A DNA stretch of 50,010 nucleotides from Minisyncoccota bacterium (GCA_041664385.1 JBAYKY010000002.1:1-50010); one strand, 5' to 3'; positions 16,573 to 27,012 are shown, counted from the first letter of the stretch. The notes: generated by a model from the sequence alone, not told the origin. Numbers and translations are program-made.

Positions 16573-18417
16573 ATGGATACAATACGAACCGACATACGGA
16601 ATATCGCAATCATTGCACACGTAGACCACGGGAAGACAACTCTTGTGGATGCGCTTTTAAAACAATCAGAAAATTTTCGTCTTAAGGCTGATGACGATAA
16701 GGATCTCATCATGGATTCTAACGAACTCGAGAGAGAGCGCGGGATTACTATTTTTTCAAAAAATGCGACCATCCACTATAAGGGTGTAAAGATTAATATT
16801 GTGGATACGCCTGGTCACGCTGATTTTGGTGGTGAGGTGGAACGTATCATGCGTATGGTAGACGGTGTGTTATTGCTCGTGGATGCAAAAGAGGGTCCAA
16901 TGCCCCAGACAAAATTTGTATTACGTAAGGCTATTCAGGCGGGACACAAGGTAATTGTGGTAGTAAATAAAATCGATAAGTCAGGTGCGCGTCCTTTATG
17001 GGCACTTGATCAGACATTTGATCTTTTCATCGAGCTCGGCGCTTCTGATGAACAGGCTAATTTTCCTGTGATTTATGCCGCAGGCGTGCAAGGAAAAGCA
17101 GGCGTGGTGCCAGAATTGGATTCAATGACAGATGTCATTCCTCTTTTTGATGCAATTGTAAAACATATTCCAGGCCCAAAGATTTCAGAAACGAACCCAC
17201 TTCAAATGCTTACGGTCAGCCTCTTCTATGATAATTACAAGGGGAAGATTGCAATTGGACGATTATATTCAGGAGTTTTGAAAAAAGGTATGCAGGTATT
17301 GCACGTGAACCGAAATGGAGTTTCGAAGAAGGCAGAAATTTCCGCGGTACTTGGTTTTGAGGGAATGAAGCGCATAGAGGTGGATTCGGTAGGGGCGGGA
17401 GATATTCTTGCTATTTCAGGAATTGCCGACATTTCTATTGGTGAGACTATTACCGACATTGAAAACCCCATGCCGTTGCCGCCTATTAAAATTGACGAAC
17501 CAACAATCAAGATGATGTTTGGTGTAAATACCTCTCCTTTTATGGGTAGAGAGGGAAGTTATTCAACCTCTCGCAATCTTCGCGAAAGGCTTTTTCATGA
17601 ATTGGAAACAGATGTTGCTCTTTCAGTGGCCGCAACCGACTCTCCTGATAGGTGGGTAGTCGCGGGACGCGGAGAACTTCATCTTTCTATTATCGTTGAA
17701 AAGATGCGTCGAGAAGGATTTGAACTTGAGGTCTCAAAGCCACAGGTCATTTTTCATGAAGAGGGAGGAAAGAAGCAGGAACCAATCGAACTTGTTTCGT
17801 TTGAAGTGCCTGAAGAATTTGGAGGTACGGTAATTGAAATGATGGGGAAGCGTCTCGGGGTAATGAAAGATATGCGCGTGGATCGTGGCATTACACATAT
17901 GGATTTTGTGGTGCCGACTCGCGGCCTTATTGGTATTCGGAATTTATTTCTTACCAGTACCAAAGGTATGGGTATTATGAATACAATCTTCTTGGGATAT
18001 GAGAATTACAAAGGAGATTTGCCATCCGATCCACACGGGTCTCTCGTAGTGTCTGAAGCAGGAACTTCGAATAGTTATGGGCTTATTATTGCGCAGGGAC
18101 GTGGCCAACTTTTTATCGGACCCTCCGTTGAAGTGTATGAAGGAATGGTAATTGGGCAAAATGCGAAAGCGGGCGATATCTTCACTAATATTTGTAAGTC
18201 AAAAGAACTTACCAACTTCCGTACTAAAAACTTTGGTATTCAAGAGACGCTTGATGTACCTCATATTATGGGACTTGAAGATGCGCTTGATTATATTGGT
18301 GACGATGAACTTGTAGAAGTAACGCCAAAAAATATCCGTATTAGAAAGTTGTTTTTGAAGGAGAATGATCGCAAGAAGTCTGAGAGGGATGCAAAGAATG
18401 CGGAGAAAGGAAATTAA
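16573..18417 (+). CDS. typA: translational GTPase TypA/BipA
   Basis: [40 protein letters not shown], full-length collinearity. Confidence 0.95.
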   Translation: MDTIRTDIRNIAIIAHVDHGKTTLVDALLKQSENFRLKADDDKDLIMDSNELERERGITIFSKNATIHYKGVKINIVDTPGHADFGGEVERIMRMVDGVLLLVDAKEGPMPQTKFVLRKAIQAGHKVIVVVNKIDKSGARPLWALDQTFDLFIELGASDEQANFPVIYAAGVQGKAGVVPELDSMTDVIPLFDAIVKHIPGPKISETNPLQMLTVSLFYDNYKGKIAIGRLYSGVLKKGMQVLHVNRNGVSKKAEISAVLGFEGMKRIEVDSVGAGDILAISGIADISIGETITDIENPMPLPPIKIDEPTIKMMFGVNTSPFMGREGSYSTSRNLRERLFHELETDVALSVAATDSPDRWVVAGRGELHLSIIVEKMRREGFELEVSKPQVIFHEEGGKKQEPIELVSFEVPEEFGGTVIEMMGKRLGVMKDMRVDRGITHMDFVVPTRGLIGIRNLFLTSTKGMGIMNTIFLGYENYKGDLPSDPHGSLVVSEAGTSNSYGLIIAQGRGQLFIGPSVEVYEGMVIGQNAKAGDIFTNICKSKELTNFRTKNFGIQETLDVPHIMGLEDALDYIGDDELVEVTPKNIRIRKLFLKENDRKKSERDAKNAEKGN

Positions 18418-18434
18418 CCCCATTTTATCTATTT

Positions 18435-19451
18435 ATGAGAACAAAAATTATCGCTACGATAGGGCCGACTTCGGAGTCTGAAGGCGTGTTGAGAAAATTC
18501 ATTGCAGAGGGTATGGATATTGCTCGGATGAATTTTTCTCATTGTTCGCACGCAGAATATCGTGCACGCAAAGAAAAAATTATTCGGATAGCAAAAAAAC
18601 TTAAGAAAAACGTAAAAATTTTACAGGATTTGAAGGGTCCTCGTATTCGCGTGGGCACATTGCCTGAAAGTGGTGTGGTTTTGAACGACGGAGACGTTGT
18701 TCTTTTTTCGACCGCAAAAAAAGTACCAAGGAACGCTATTTTTATTGATGATATGCACGTACATAAAGATGTAAAAGTAGGACATCCTATTTTTCTAGCA
18801 AACGGTATCATGGAACTCATTGTTACTAAAGTATCTGGTACCACTATTACTACGAAAGTAATACGCGGGGGTACGCTTTATTCTAGAAAAGCAGTCAATT
18901 TACCCCACACGATGCTCACTACCTCAGGACTTACCGAAAAGGATATTGAGGATGTAAAATTTGGAATGAAAGAAGGAGTTGATTATATCGCACTCTCCTT
19001 TGTGCAATCAGAAAAAGATATTATGAATCTCCGTGCAATTGTTGGTACAAAGGTAAAAATCGTTGCAAAAATTGAGAGTGCAATAGCGTTGAATCATATT
19101 GATCGTATTATTATGGCATCAGATGCTATTATGGTGGCGCGCGGTGATCTTGGTGTGGAAATTCCTATGGAAAAAGTACCATTTATTCAGAAGAACTTGA
19201 TTCGTCATGCAACATGGCATGGGAAGCCCGCTATTGTAGCGACACAAATGCTTTCTTCAATGATTGATCACGCACATCCAACGCGTGCAGAAGTATCTGA
19301 TATTGCAAATGCAGTATGGGATGGTGCTGATGCGGTTATGCTCTCTGATGAAACGGCATCTGGGCAGTATCCGATAGAATCCGTGGTTTCAATGAAAAAA
19401 ATAGTTGCTGAGGCGGAACATTCTCACTTTGATAGAGAGAACATTCTTTAG
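18435..19451 (+). CDS. pyk: pyruvate kinase (A and B domains only, no C-terminal domain)
   Basis: [42 protein letters not shown]. Ends about 20 aa after the last A-domain motif. Confidence 0.9.
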   Translation: MRTKIIATIGPTSESEGVLRKFIAEGMDIARMNFSHCSHAEYRARKEKIIRIAKKLKKNVKILQDLKGPRIRVGTLPESGVVLNDGDVVLFSTAKKVPRNAIFIDDMHVHKDVKVGHPIFLANGIMELIVTKVSGTTITTKVIRGGTLYSRKAVNLPHTMLTTSGLTEKDIEDVKFGMKEGVDYIALSFVQSEKDIMNLRAIVGTKVKIVAKIESAIALNHIDRIIMASDAIMVARGDLGVEIPMEKVPFIQKNLIRHATWHGKPAIVATQMLSSMIDHAHPTRAEVSDIANAVWDGADAVMLSDETASGQYPIESVVSMKKIVAEAEHSHFDRENIL

Positions 19452-19465
19452 TACAATAGAACTCT

Positions 19466-20164
19466 ATGGCGCTCAAAATTCCTAACCACCTTGCAATCAT
19501 TCCCGATGGTAATCGTAGGTGGGCCGCCTCACAAAAGAAAAAAGTATTTACGGGGCATTCAGAGGGATCTCATACGACCGAACGCATTTTGGAAGCAGCT
19601 TTTGATGCGGGAGTAAATTATTTTACTATTTGGGGCGCATCAGAAGACAATCTTACTAAAAGAGATTCTTTAGAAATAAAGACACTTTCTCAAGTGTTTA
19701 TTCAAGCACTTGCCAAGCTTTCAAAATCACAGGAGCTAAAAAAATATAATGTGAGGGTGTATGTGCGTGGCAGGTTTAAAGAGCTTCTCAAAAATAAAAA
19801 GCTAAATGATATTGCAAAATCGATTGAGACTTCTACAAATAATAACACTGGAAAGGTGCTCACCGTACTTCTGGGGTACGATGGGAAGAATGAAATGATA
19901 CATGCAATGCAGTCGTTGCAGAAAGCAGATAAAATAATTAATGACGAAACGGTGCGCTCCGCGCTTTTTACCGATACATTGCCTCCCGTTGATCTTGTAA
20001 TCCGTACGGGTGGGGAGCCTCATTGGTCTGCTGGATTTATGATGTGGCTTACTGCAAATAGTGAGTTCTATTTTACAGGTACATTGTGGCCCGCATTCAC
20101 TAGTAAAGAACTACAAAAAGCATTTCAAGAATTTTCAAAACGCAGAAGAATGCTTGGAAAATAA
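19466..20164 (+). CDS. uppS: undecaprenyl diphosphate synthase (cis-prenyltransferase)
   Basis: HLAIIPDGNRRWA, DLVIRTGGE. Confidence 0.9.
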   Translation: MALKIPNHLAIIPDGNRRWAASQKKKVFTGHSEGSHTTERILEAAFDAGVNYFTIWGASEDNLTKRDSLEIKTLSQVFIQALAKLSKSQELKKYNVRVYVRGRFKELLKNKKLNDIAKSIETSTNNNTGKVLTVLLGYDGKNEMIHAMQSLQKADKIINDETVRSALFTDTLPPVDLVIRTGGEPHWSAGFMMWLTANSEFYFTGTLWPAFTSKELQKAFQEFSKRRRMLGK

Positions 20165-20237
20165 GGAAAGCTTGTAGGCGAAATAATTTAGGCTTTGTAA
20201 GGACGAACTACAGGTAGTGAACCTGTATTTTTTATCG

Positions 20238-20243
20238 TATAAT
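20238..20243 (+). promoter_or_regulatory. -10 box (CG)TATAAT, 6 nt before ATG 20250
   Basis: TATAAT at 20238-43, spacer agagat, ATG at 20250. Confidence 0.4.
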
Positions 20244-20249
20244 AGAGAT

Positions 20250-20594
20250 ATGAAAATAGATATTGTAGGGAATAGAATTGAATTAACTCCCGCACTCTCC
20301 TCTTTTATTGAGAAAAAAATGAGCTCGTGTGCAAATTTAGTAAAGAGGTTTGATATCGATGGGAGTCTTATTATCTTCTTTTCTATCGGAAACACCACAA
20401 AACATCACAAACATGGTGAAGTATTTATTGCTGAAGCAATGGTGCATTTGCCAGGAAAATCGATCAAAGTTGAGTGTACAAATACAGATGTGTATGCAGC
20501 AATTGATGAGGTAAAGGACGGATTAAAAATAGAACTCGGAAAGTACAAGGAAAAAAGTAGTTCACGCGCAGACCGTCCAAATAAGTTTAAATAA
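20250..20594 (+). CDS. hpf: ribosome hibernation promoting factor / RaiA family (short form)
   Basis: MKIDIVGNRIELTPALSSFIEKK.. fits the S30AE family. Internal ATG of ORF 20217..20594. Confidence 0.8.
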   Translation: MKIDIVGNRIELTPALSSFIEKKMSSCANLVKRFDIDGSLIIFFSIGNTTKHHKHGEVFIAEAMVHLPGKSIKVECTNTDVYAAIDEVKDGLKIELGKYKEKSSSRADRPNKFK

Positions 20595-20596
20595 TA

Positions 20597-22195
20597 ATGC
20601 ATCCTATGCCACATACACTACAATCACATTCTTTGCATCCAAGAAAACAAAAAAAGAATTTTCTTATTTGGATTATCATCTCAGTACTTTGCGTGGGAGC
20701 GGTATTCTTTTTTACCACAAAGAAAAAAACTCAATATGAAATGGTAACCGTTATTCGCGGTGATATTGTTGAAGAAGTTTCAGTTACGGGACGCGTAAAG
20801 TCCGCAGACAGTGTGAGTCTCGCATTTGAAAAAGGGGGTAAGGTTAAGAATGTAAGTGTACAAGTAGGCGATAGGGTGAGTCCTGGACAGGCATTAGTAC
20901 ATCTTGATACTGCGGAAGTCGACGCACAACTACTGCAGGCACACGCAAGCGTGGATGCACAAGTTGCAAAACTCAATGAATTAAAAAGAGGCACGCGCGT
21001 TGAGGAGGTACAAGTAAAAGAAACCGAACTTAAAAAAGCAGAACAAGATCTTTCAAATGCATATGGCAGCGTTCTTGATACTGCAAATGATGCATTTTCA
21101 AAAGCAGACGACGCGGTACGCTCGAAGACTGATCAAATATTTTTAAATGATGACACAGACTCTCCTCAGCTCACTTTTTTTGTAAGTGACGCACAGGCAC
21201 AGATTGATACTATTGACTTGCGTCGTCTTGCTACAGCTGAGTTGGGTGTGTGGAAAAATCAATTGCGCATTGCATCAGGAACTTCGACTGTCTCACTCGA
21301 TACCCTCCTTATTCAGAGTCAAAAACATCTCGCACTTATTCGAGATTTTCTTGTCCGTACACTTGATACGGTGGATAAAGCAATAGGAGTTTCTGCTTCA
21401 ACTATTGATACGTACAAAACAAATATCGGTATAGGTCGTGCAAATGTAAGCACCGCTATCTCGAATCTTACTACACAGGAGCAGACAATTTCTACTCAAA
21501 AGGTAGTTATCGAGCGCATCATGAATGAACTTGCACTTATTAATGCGGGATCGACATCCGAGGTTATTGCGGGTCAGGAGGCACAAGTAAAACAAGCAGA
21601 GGCAAATGTTGCTGCAATTCAAGCGCAGGCTTCAAAAATGATATTGTACGCACCTATTGGGGGCATTATTACAAAGCAGGACGCAAAGCAGGGAGAAATT
21701 GCTTCAATTAACACAATACTTATTTCAATTATGGGAAATCAAAGTCTTGAAATTGAAGCAAATGTTCCAGAAATTGATGTGGGTCGCATTGCGATTGGGA
21801 ATCCCGTTCTTATTAAGCTCGATGCATTCCCCGGAGAGATATTCAATGGAAAAGTGAAATATATTGATCCTGCTGAAAACGTTGTTGATGGAGTAGTAAA
21901 TTTTAAAGTAACAATTGTGTTTGATGCTGCGGATAAAAGAATTCGCAGTGGTCTTACTGCAAATTTGGAAATTGAGAGTAGAAAAAAAGAGGGGGTACTT
22001 CTCCTTCCTGAATTTGCAATTGTAGAAAATGATAAAGGTACGTTTGTGCGTGTTCTTTCTTCGGATGGTATAACCACGGAAGATGTAGTCGTGGTGAGAG
22101 GCATTCGTGGTAATAATGGATTTGTAGAAATAGAACAAGGAATTACTGAGGGGGAACAAGTGATTAATATCGGACTTAAAGCGGTTGTAAAATAA
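20597..22195 (+). CDS. efflux transporter periplasmic adaptor (HlyD/MacA family)
   Basis: N-terminal TM helix, lipoyl-like segments flanking a long coiled coil, C-terminal beta-barrel; placed ahead of the ABC pair. Confidence 0.8.
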   Translation: MHPMPHTLQSHSLHPRKQKKNFLIWIIISVLCVGAVFFFTTKKKTQYEMVTVIRGDIVEEVSVTGRVKSADSVSLAFEKGGKVKNVSVQVGDRVSPGQALVHLDTAEVDAQLLQAHASVDAQVAKLNELKRGTRVEEVQVKETELKKAEQDLSNAYGSVLDTANDAFSKADDAVRSKTDQIFLNDDTDSPQLTFFVSDAQAQIDTIDLRRLATAELGVWKNQLRIASGTSTVSLDTLLIQSQKHLALIRDFLVRTLDTVDKAIGVSASTIDTYKTNIGIGRANVSTAISNLTTQEQTISTQKVVIERIMNELALINAGSTSEVIAGQEAQVKQAEANVAAIQAQASKMILYAPIGGIITKQDAKQGEIASINTILISIMGNQSLEIEANVPEIDVGRIAIGNPVLIKLDAFPGEIFNGKVKYIDPAENVVDGVVNFKVTIVFDAADKRIRSGLTANLEIESRKKEGVLLLPEFAIVENDKGTFVRVLSSDGITTEDVVVVRGIRGNNGFVEIEQGITEGEQVINIGLKAVVK

Positions 22196-22196
22196 A

Positions 22197-22913
22197 ATGC
22201 TTATTTCTGTCCGCAATCTTGAAAAAACATATCACGACGAAGGTGAAGTAACGCGTGCACTTGCGGGCGTTTCGTTTGATATCCAAAAAGGAGAATTTGT
22301 AGCAATTATGGGTCCTTCCGGTTCTGGTAAATCAACCCTTCTTCATATTCTTAGTTTTCTTGATAGGCCAACGAACGGCAGTTATATTTTTAATGGGAAA
22401 CACATGAACGAACTTTCTGATATAGAACTTGCCCATATTAGAAACAGTGAGATGGGTTTTATTTTTCAGTCATTTAATCTTCTTTCTCGTCTCTCGGTAT
22501 TTGAGAATGTATCTATTCCTCTGGTGTATTCGCATGATGTACCTCTCGAACACAGGAAACGGATTGTAGAACACGCGATTCAAAGTGTTGGATTGGATGA
22601 AAAAATGCATATGGAGGCAGGAAAACTTTCGGGAGGTCAGAAACAGCGCGTGGCAATTGCACGGGCACTTGTGAACAAACCAGATGTTATTTTTGCTGAT
22701 GAGCCTACGGGGAACCTTGACTCAAAATCAGGTGCGCAGGTTATGGATATTTTACACGAGCTCCATAAGGCGGGGAATACGATTATTCTTGTAACTCATG
22801 AAACCTATACTGCTGAATTTGCAAATCGTCTTATTCATATCAAAGACGGGCTTCTTAGTTCTGATGAACCTATTTTAAAGTCGCGCACAAAGAAAACAGA
22901 TTTTTTCAAATAA
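22197..22913 (+). CDS. ABC transporter ATP-binding protein (MacB/LolD type)
   Basis: GPSGSGKSTLL, LSGGQKQRVAIARAL, IFADEPTGNLD. Confidence 0.9.
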   Translation: MLISVRNLEKTYHDEGEVTRALAGVSFDIQKGEFVAIMGPSGSGKSTLLHILSFLDRPTNGSYIFNGKHMNELSDIELAHIRNSEMGFIFQSFNLLSRLSVFENVSIPLVYSHDVPLEHRKRIVEHAIQSVGLDEKMHMEAGKLSGGQKQRVAIARALVNKPDVIFADEPTGNLDSKSGAQVMDILHELHKAGNTIILVTHETYTAEFANRLIHIKDGLLSSDEPILKSRTKKTDFFK

Positions 22914-22915
22914 CT

Positions 22916-24160
22916 ATGCGTCTTCGCGATTCTATAAAAACAGCTACCTCAAATGTGCTTCATTCACGAATGCGTTCTTTCTTGACCATGCTTGGTATTG
23001 TGATTGGTATTTCTTCGGTAATTTTACTTATGTCGATTGGAAACTCTGCTCAAGCGCTTATTGTAAATCAAGTAAAGGGTATTGGCTCAAATCTTATTTT
23101 CATTATCCCTGGTGCCACAAAGAGTGGAAGGTTTTCTGCGCCCGCATCATCACAGGGGATTGTTATTAAGACGCTTGTGAAAGATGATGTAGATGCGCTT
23201 GAGCGTAGCGCATCTATTGTGGGAGCAACACCAGAAGTTCGAGGACAGGCAAAAATTGTGTATGGAAACAATGATACTACCGTTACCTTTCTTGGTGTAG
23301 GAGGAGATTTTTTTGTGCTTCGCAGTTATAACGTGGCACAAGGGTATCCGTTTACCAATCGCGATGTTGAATCTTATGAGCATGTAATTGTGCTTGGCTC
23401 AGAAACCGCAAAAACACTTTTTGGTAATTTTGATCCATTGGGCAAATCAGTGCGTCTTAAAGATGTTTCGTTTCGTGTGGTGGGTATTCTCGAAAAAAAG
23501 GGAGTGGGTGCATTTGGCATTGATCAAGATAATATTGCGGTCATCCCGCTTCCTGTTGCGCAAAAGCAAATGCTCGGCATCGATTATTATAATGCAATTA
23601 CTGTTCAAGCGAGTGATGCGTATGCACCAGAATTTGTAAAGCAGCGTGTTATTTCTATTATTCGTGAAAGTCATCGTATTACTGACCCCGATAAAGATGA
23701 TTTTACAGTGCGTACTCAGGAAGATGCGCTTTCACTTTTGGGTGATATCACTTCCACACTCACTCTTTTCCTTACTTCTATCGCTTTTATTTCATTGGTA
23801 GTGGGAGGTATTGGTATTATGAATATTATGTTAGTTTCTGTTATTGAGCGCACTCGTGAGATAGGGCTCCGAAAAGCGGTGGGGGCCACAAACGGGGACA
23901 TTATGCAACAATTTCTTTGGGAATCAATTATACTCACTTTTTTGGGGGGAATTGCAGGAATTTTATTGGGTTCCCTTCTTACTTTTGGACTCTATTATAT
24001 TCTCGTAAATATTGTAAAGATGGATTGGGTTTTTGTATTACCTCCTTCTGCTATTTTGCTCGCAGTTGGCGTTTCCACCTTTACTGGTGTCATTTTCGGG
24101 CTCTATCCATCACGCCAAGCCGCCAAAAAGAACCCAATTGAGGCACTTCGGTATGAGTAA
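22916..24160 (+). CDS. ABC transporter permease (MacB/FtsX-like)
   Basis: MacB periplasmic domain plus FtsX-type C-terminal helices; ERTREIGLRKAVGA motif. Confidence 0.9.
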   Translation: MRLRDSIKTATSNVLHSRMRSFLTMLGIVIGISSVILLMSIGNSAQALIVNQVKGIGSNLIFIIPGATKSGRFSAPASSQGIVIKTLVKDDVDALERSASIVGATPEVRGQAKIVYGNNDTTVTFLGVGGDFFVLRSYNVAQGYPFTNRDVESYEHVIVLGSETAKTLFGNFDPLGKSVRLKDVSFRVVGILEKKGVGAFGIDQDNIAVIPLPVAQKQMLGIDYYNAITVQASDAYAPEFVKQRVISIIRESHRITDPDKDDFTVRTQEDALSLLGDITSTLTLFLTSIAFISLVVGGIGIMNIMLVSVIERTREIGLRKAVGATNGDIMQQFLWESIILTFLGGIAGILLGSLLTFGLYYILVNIVKMDWVFVLPPSAILLAVGVSTFTGVIFGLYPSRQAAKKNPIEALRYE

Positions 24161-24162
24161 TC

Positions 24163-24191
24163 TTTACAAAAGAATAAGAAAAGAGTATAAT
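24163..24191 (+). promoter_or_regulatory. near-consensus promoter TTTACA-17-TATAAT
   Basis: TTTACA at 24163-68, 17-nt spacer, TATAAT at 24186-91. Confidence 0.55.
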
Positions 24192-24239
24192 GTATTCAAT
24201 CGTGGTCGAAACACACGTACGCTTAAAAAATAAAAATTC

Positions 24240-24323
24240 ATGAAATCAGCGGAATTCTGGATTTTTCTTGTGGTGGGATTTTTTCTTGCATATGCAGGAT
24301 ATGTAACCCACGCAATGCAATAA
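24240..24323 (+). CDS. 27-aa hydrophobic micro-protein (MKSAEFWIFLVVGFFLAYAGYVTHAMQ), not in the ORF track
   Basis: ATG..TAA ORF read by hand, sitting between a consensus promoter and a terminator. One TM-length hydrophobic stretch and no Shine-Dalgarno. Confidence 0.4.
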   Translation: MKSAEFWIFLVVGFFLAYAGYVTHAMQ

Positions 24324-24340
24324 AATCCATAGAAGAAGGG

Positions 24341-24368
24341 AACCTCGTTCATTGCGAGGTTTTTTCTT
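24341..24368 (+). terminator. rho-independent terminator
   Basis: AACCTCG(24341-47)/CGAGGTT(24355-61) then TTTTT. Confidence 0.75.
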
Positions 24369-24394
24369 TTATCTGATGGTATGATGAAGAAAAT

Positions 24395-25042
24395 ATGAAG
24401 AACGTTTCGTTGCAGGAACAAGCAATTCGTAAGAAAAAAGTACGTAAAATAGTTTTTGTTCTTAAAAAACTATATCCAAACGTTGCCCCATTTCTTCGCT
24501 TTAATACGCCGTGGGAACTTTTGGTTGCCGTAGTTTTGTCTGCTCAATGTACTGATAAGAAAGTGAACGAGGTAACCTCAATATTGTTTAAAAAATACAA
24601 AACACTCGACGACTATCTCCACGCCACTCAGAAGGAATTTGAAAAAGATATTTATTCCACTGGATTTTATAGAGCAAAAGCAAAGAATATTCTCGCTGCA
24701 GCACGCGTACTCCATAATCAATTTCATGGTAAGGTACCTCGCACTATGGAGGAACTTCTTGAAATTCCTGGTGTAGGACGAAAGTCGGCAAATGTAATTC
24801 TTGAAAATGCATTCGATATTGTTTCGGGTATCGCAGTTGATACTCACGTAAAGCGTTTAGCCCGCGTATGGGGCCTTTCATACGAATCTAATCCCGACAA
24901 AATTGAGAAGGACCTCACCTCAATTCTTCCTCAACATCAGTGGCCTGGATTTACCCATCGTCTTATTAGTTATGGCCGGGAATATTGTCCCTCACGACGT
25001 CACGCACACGAAAGATGCCCTATTACAAAACTCGGCGTATAA
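24395..25042 (+). CDS. nth: endonuclease III family HhH-GPD DNA glycosylase
   Basis: LVAVVLSAQCTDKKVN, HhH LLEIPGVGRKSANVIL, VDTHVKRL. The C-terminus has only two Cys. Confidence 0.9.
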   Translation: MKNVSLQEQAIRKKKVRKIVFVLKKLYPNVAPFLRFNTPWELLVAVVLSAQCTDKKVNEVTSILFKKYKTLDDYLHATQKEFEKDIYSTGFYRAKAKNILAAARVLHNQFHGKVPRTMEELLEIPGVGRKSANVILENAFDIVSGIAVDTHVKRLARVWGLSYESNPDKIEKDLTSILPQHQWPGFTHRLISYGREYCPSRRHAHERCPITKLGV

Positions 25043-25043
25043 T
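25038..25043 (+). promoter_or_regulatory. -10 box (CG)TATAAT, 6 nt before ATG 25050
   Basis: TATAAT at 25038-43, spacer gaatat, ATG at 25050. Confidence 0.4.
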
Positions 25044-25049
25044 GAATAT

Positions 25050-25937
25050 ATGAAGACTCATATTGTGGTATTGGGAATGGGGGAGATTGGCTCCGCAATT
25101 TCCTCCCTGCTTCTGAAGAAAAAATATCATGTGGATTCGTGGGACGTTGCTTCTGGGAAGGTGCACAATCAAAAAACATTATTTGAAATTATTCCTCATG
25201 CGAATATTCTTTTTCTTTGCGTGCCATCATGGTGCTTACCACAAGTTATGAAATCTATTCAGCCCTTTGTACACGTTGAGACGCTCGTGGTTGGAGTGTC
25301 AAAAGGGTTGCAGCGGGAGAAAAATGAGACTACCTATGATTTTCTTATGCACACGCTTCATCCTGGACAACCAATAGTGCTTCTTGGAGGCGCGATGCTT
25401 GCTGAGGAACTTCAAAAAGGAATGCCGGGTATGGGGGTAGTGGCGGGGAAGAGTAAAAAATCATGTGAAATAATTTGTGAGCTTTTTAAAGGAAGCGCAC
25501 TTACACTTGTTTCTTCAACTGATGTATGTGGCGTAGCATATGCAAGTGTTCTTAAAAACATATATGCACTCGGTCTTGGTATTGCAGAAGGTATTCGTTG
25601 GGGGGGGAATGCAAGAGCGTGGTTCGCTTATGAATCTTTTTCTGAAATGGAAAAAATAGTGAAATTACTTGGAGGAAAAAAAGAATCTTTTTGGGGTCCT
25701 GCAGGCATCGTTGATTTTATCGCTACGGGGTTTAGTTCGTATTCAAAAAATGCAGAAGAGGGGAAGCTTATTGCTGCAGGGAGGGGTGAAGCATCACAGA
25801 GTGAGGGGTTAGTATCACTTGAGCCCATGGCGAAACTATTAAGAGGGAAAAATGACTTTCCTCTTTTTCAGACAGTTTTTCGTATCGCAGTGAAGAAAGA
25901 AAATGCTGAAGGGGCGTTTCGGAAACTTTTAAAATAA
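25050..25937 (+). CDS. gpsA: NAD(P)H-dependent glycerol-3-phosphate dehydrogenase-like protein
   Basis: VLGMGEIGSA Rossmann motif and SVLKNIYALGLGIAEG. Internal ATG of ORF 24903..25937, which overlaps nth. Confidence 0.75.
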   Translation: MKTHIVVLGMGEIGSAISSLLLKKKYHVDSWDVASGKVHNQKTLFEIIPHANILFLCVPSWCLPQVMKSIQPFVHVETLVVGVSKGLQREKNETTYDFLMHTLHPGQPIVLLGGAMLAEELQKGMPGMGVVAGKSKKSCEIICELFKGSALTLVSSTDVCGVAYASVLKNIYALGLGIAEGIRWGGNARAWFAYESFSEMEKIVKLLGGKKESFWGPAGIVDFIATGFSSYSKNAEEGKLIAAGRGEASQSEGLVSLEPMAKLLRGKNDFPLFQTVFRIAVKKENAEGAFRKLLK

Positions 25938-25938
25938 T

Positions 25939-27012
25939 ATGCGCATTATTGCTCATCTTGATATGGATGCTTTTTTTGCGTCGATCGAGGAGCGGGATAA
26001 TCCTCGTTTTCATAATCTCCCTCTTGTGGTGGGCTCAGATCCTCTTGGGGGAAAAGGAAGGGGTGTGGTTTCAACCGCAAATTATAGAGCAAGAGAATAT
26101 GGTATTCGTTCCGCACTTCCTATTAGTAAGGCGTGGGAATATGCGGAGCAAGCACGACGCGAAGGGAAACTACCTGTTGTTTTTTTAGGTGTTGATATGG
26201 AAAAATATGCGCGCGTATCGGAGCATATACGAACACTCGTACTCCAACTTACTCCAACTATTGAGCAGGCAAGTATTGATGAGATGTATTGTGATATCAG
26301 CGAGTGTGGAAGTTTTGAACAAGCAGAAAAGCTATGTCGAACATTGCAGAAGAAAATACAACATGAAGAGCATCTTTCTTGTTCATTTGGTATTGGACCT
26401 AATAAGTTTATAGCAAAAATTGCTTCTGATTTTAAAAAACCCTTAGGACTTACCGCAGTTCGTCTAAATGAGGTGTTGGCGTTTCTTGCACCACTTTCAG
26501 TGCGTAAGATGCCGGGAGTAGGACCTAAGATGGAAGAAGTATTACGCGTAAAAAACGTACTTACTATAGAAGACGTAAGAAAATACTCTCTTGAAGAAAT
26601 GAAGGAAGAGTTTGGGAAATGGGGTGAGGCACTTTTTTTTCACGCACGGGGGAGCGATGATACGCCAGTGACAGAAGATTATGAGACAAAATCGATTGGG
26701 GAACAAGAAACATTTCTTCGTGATACGTCTGACGCAAATGAAGTAACCAGTACGATAAAAAAACTAAGTAGCTCGGTATTTCGACATTTTAAGGAAAGCG
26801 GATTAGTCTCTTTTCGGAGAATCGTAGTGACAATACGATTTGATGATTTTAAAACCGTATCGCGGTCCCATACTCTTGGTAAAATGCCACAGAATGAGAA
26901 AGAGTTTATTTTTGAGGCAATAAAAATTCTTCTTCCTTTTTTTGATGTACGGGAAAATCCAAAGAAAAAGAAATTTCGTCTTCTTGGTGTTCGTGTTGAG
27001 CAGTTTAAATAA
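25939..27012 (+). CDS. dinB: DNA polymerase IV (Y-family)
   Basis: IIAHLDMDAFFASIEERDNP, SIDEMYCDIS, FGIGPNKFIAKIASD. Confidence 0.9.
   Translation: MRIIAHLDMDAFFASIEERDNPRFHNLPLVVGSDPLGGKGRGVVSTANYRAREYGIRSALPISKAWEYAEQARREGKLPVVFLGVDMEKYARVSEHIRTLVLQLTPTIEQASIDEMYCDISECGSFEQAEKLCRTLQKKIQHEEHLSCSFGIGPNKFIAKIASDFKKPLGLTAVRLNEVLAFLAPLSVRKMPGVGPKMEEVLRVKNVLTIEDVRKYSLEEMKEEFGKWGEALFFHARGSDDTPVTEDYETKSIGEQETFLRDTSDANEVTSTIKKLSSSVFRHFKESGLVSFRRIVVTIRFDDFKTVSRSHTLGKMPQNEKEFIFEAIKILLPFFDVRENPKKKKFRLLGVRVEQFK

Noticed and set aside
21725-22216. 163-aa and 121-aa minus-strand ORFs
   Set aside because: Antisense to the HlyD-family adaptor gene, which sits in a conserved operon with the ABC pair.
24903-25049. 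N-terminal extension of the gpsA-like ORF
   Set aside because: It overlaps the 3' end of nth. The Rossmann GxGxxG motif follows ATG 25050 directly, and that ATG has a TATAAT 6 nt upstream.
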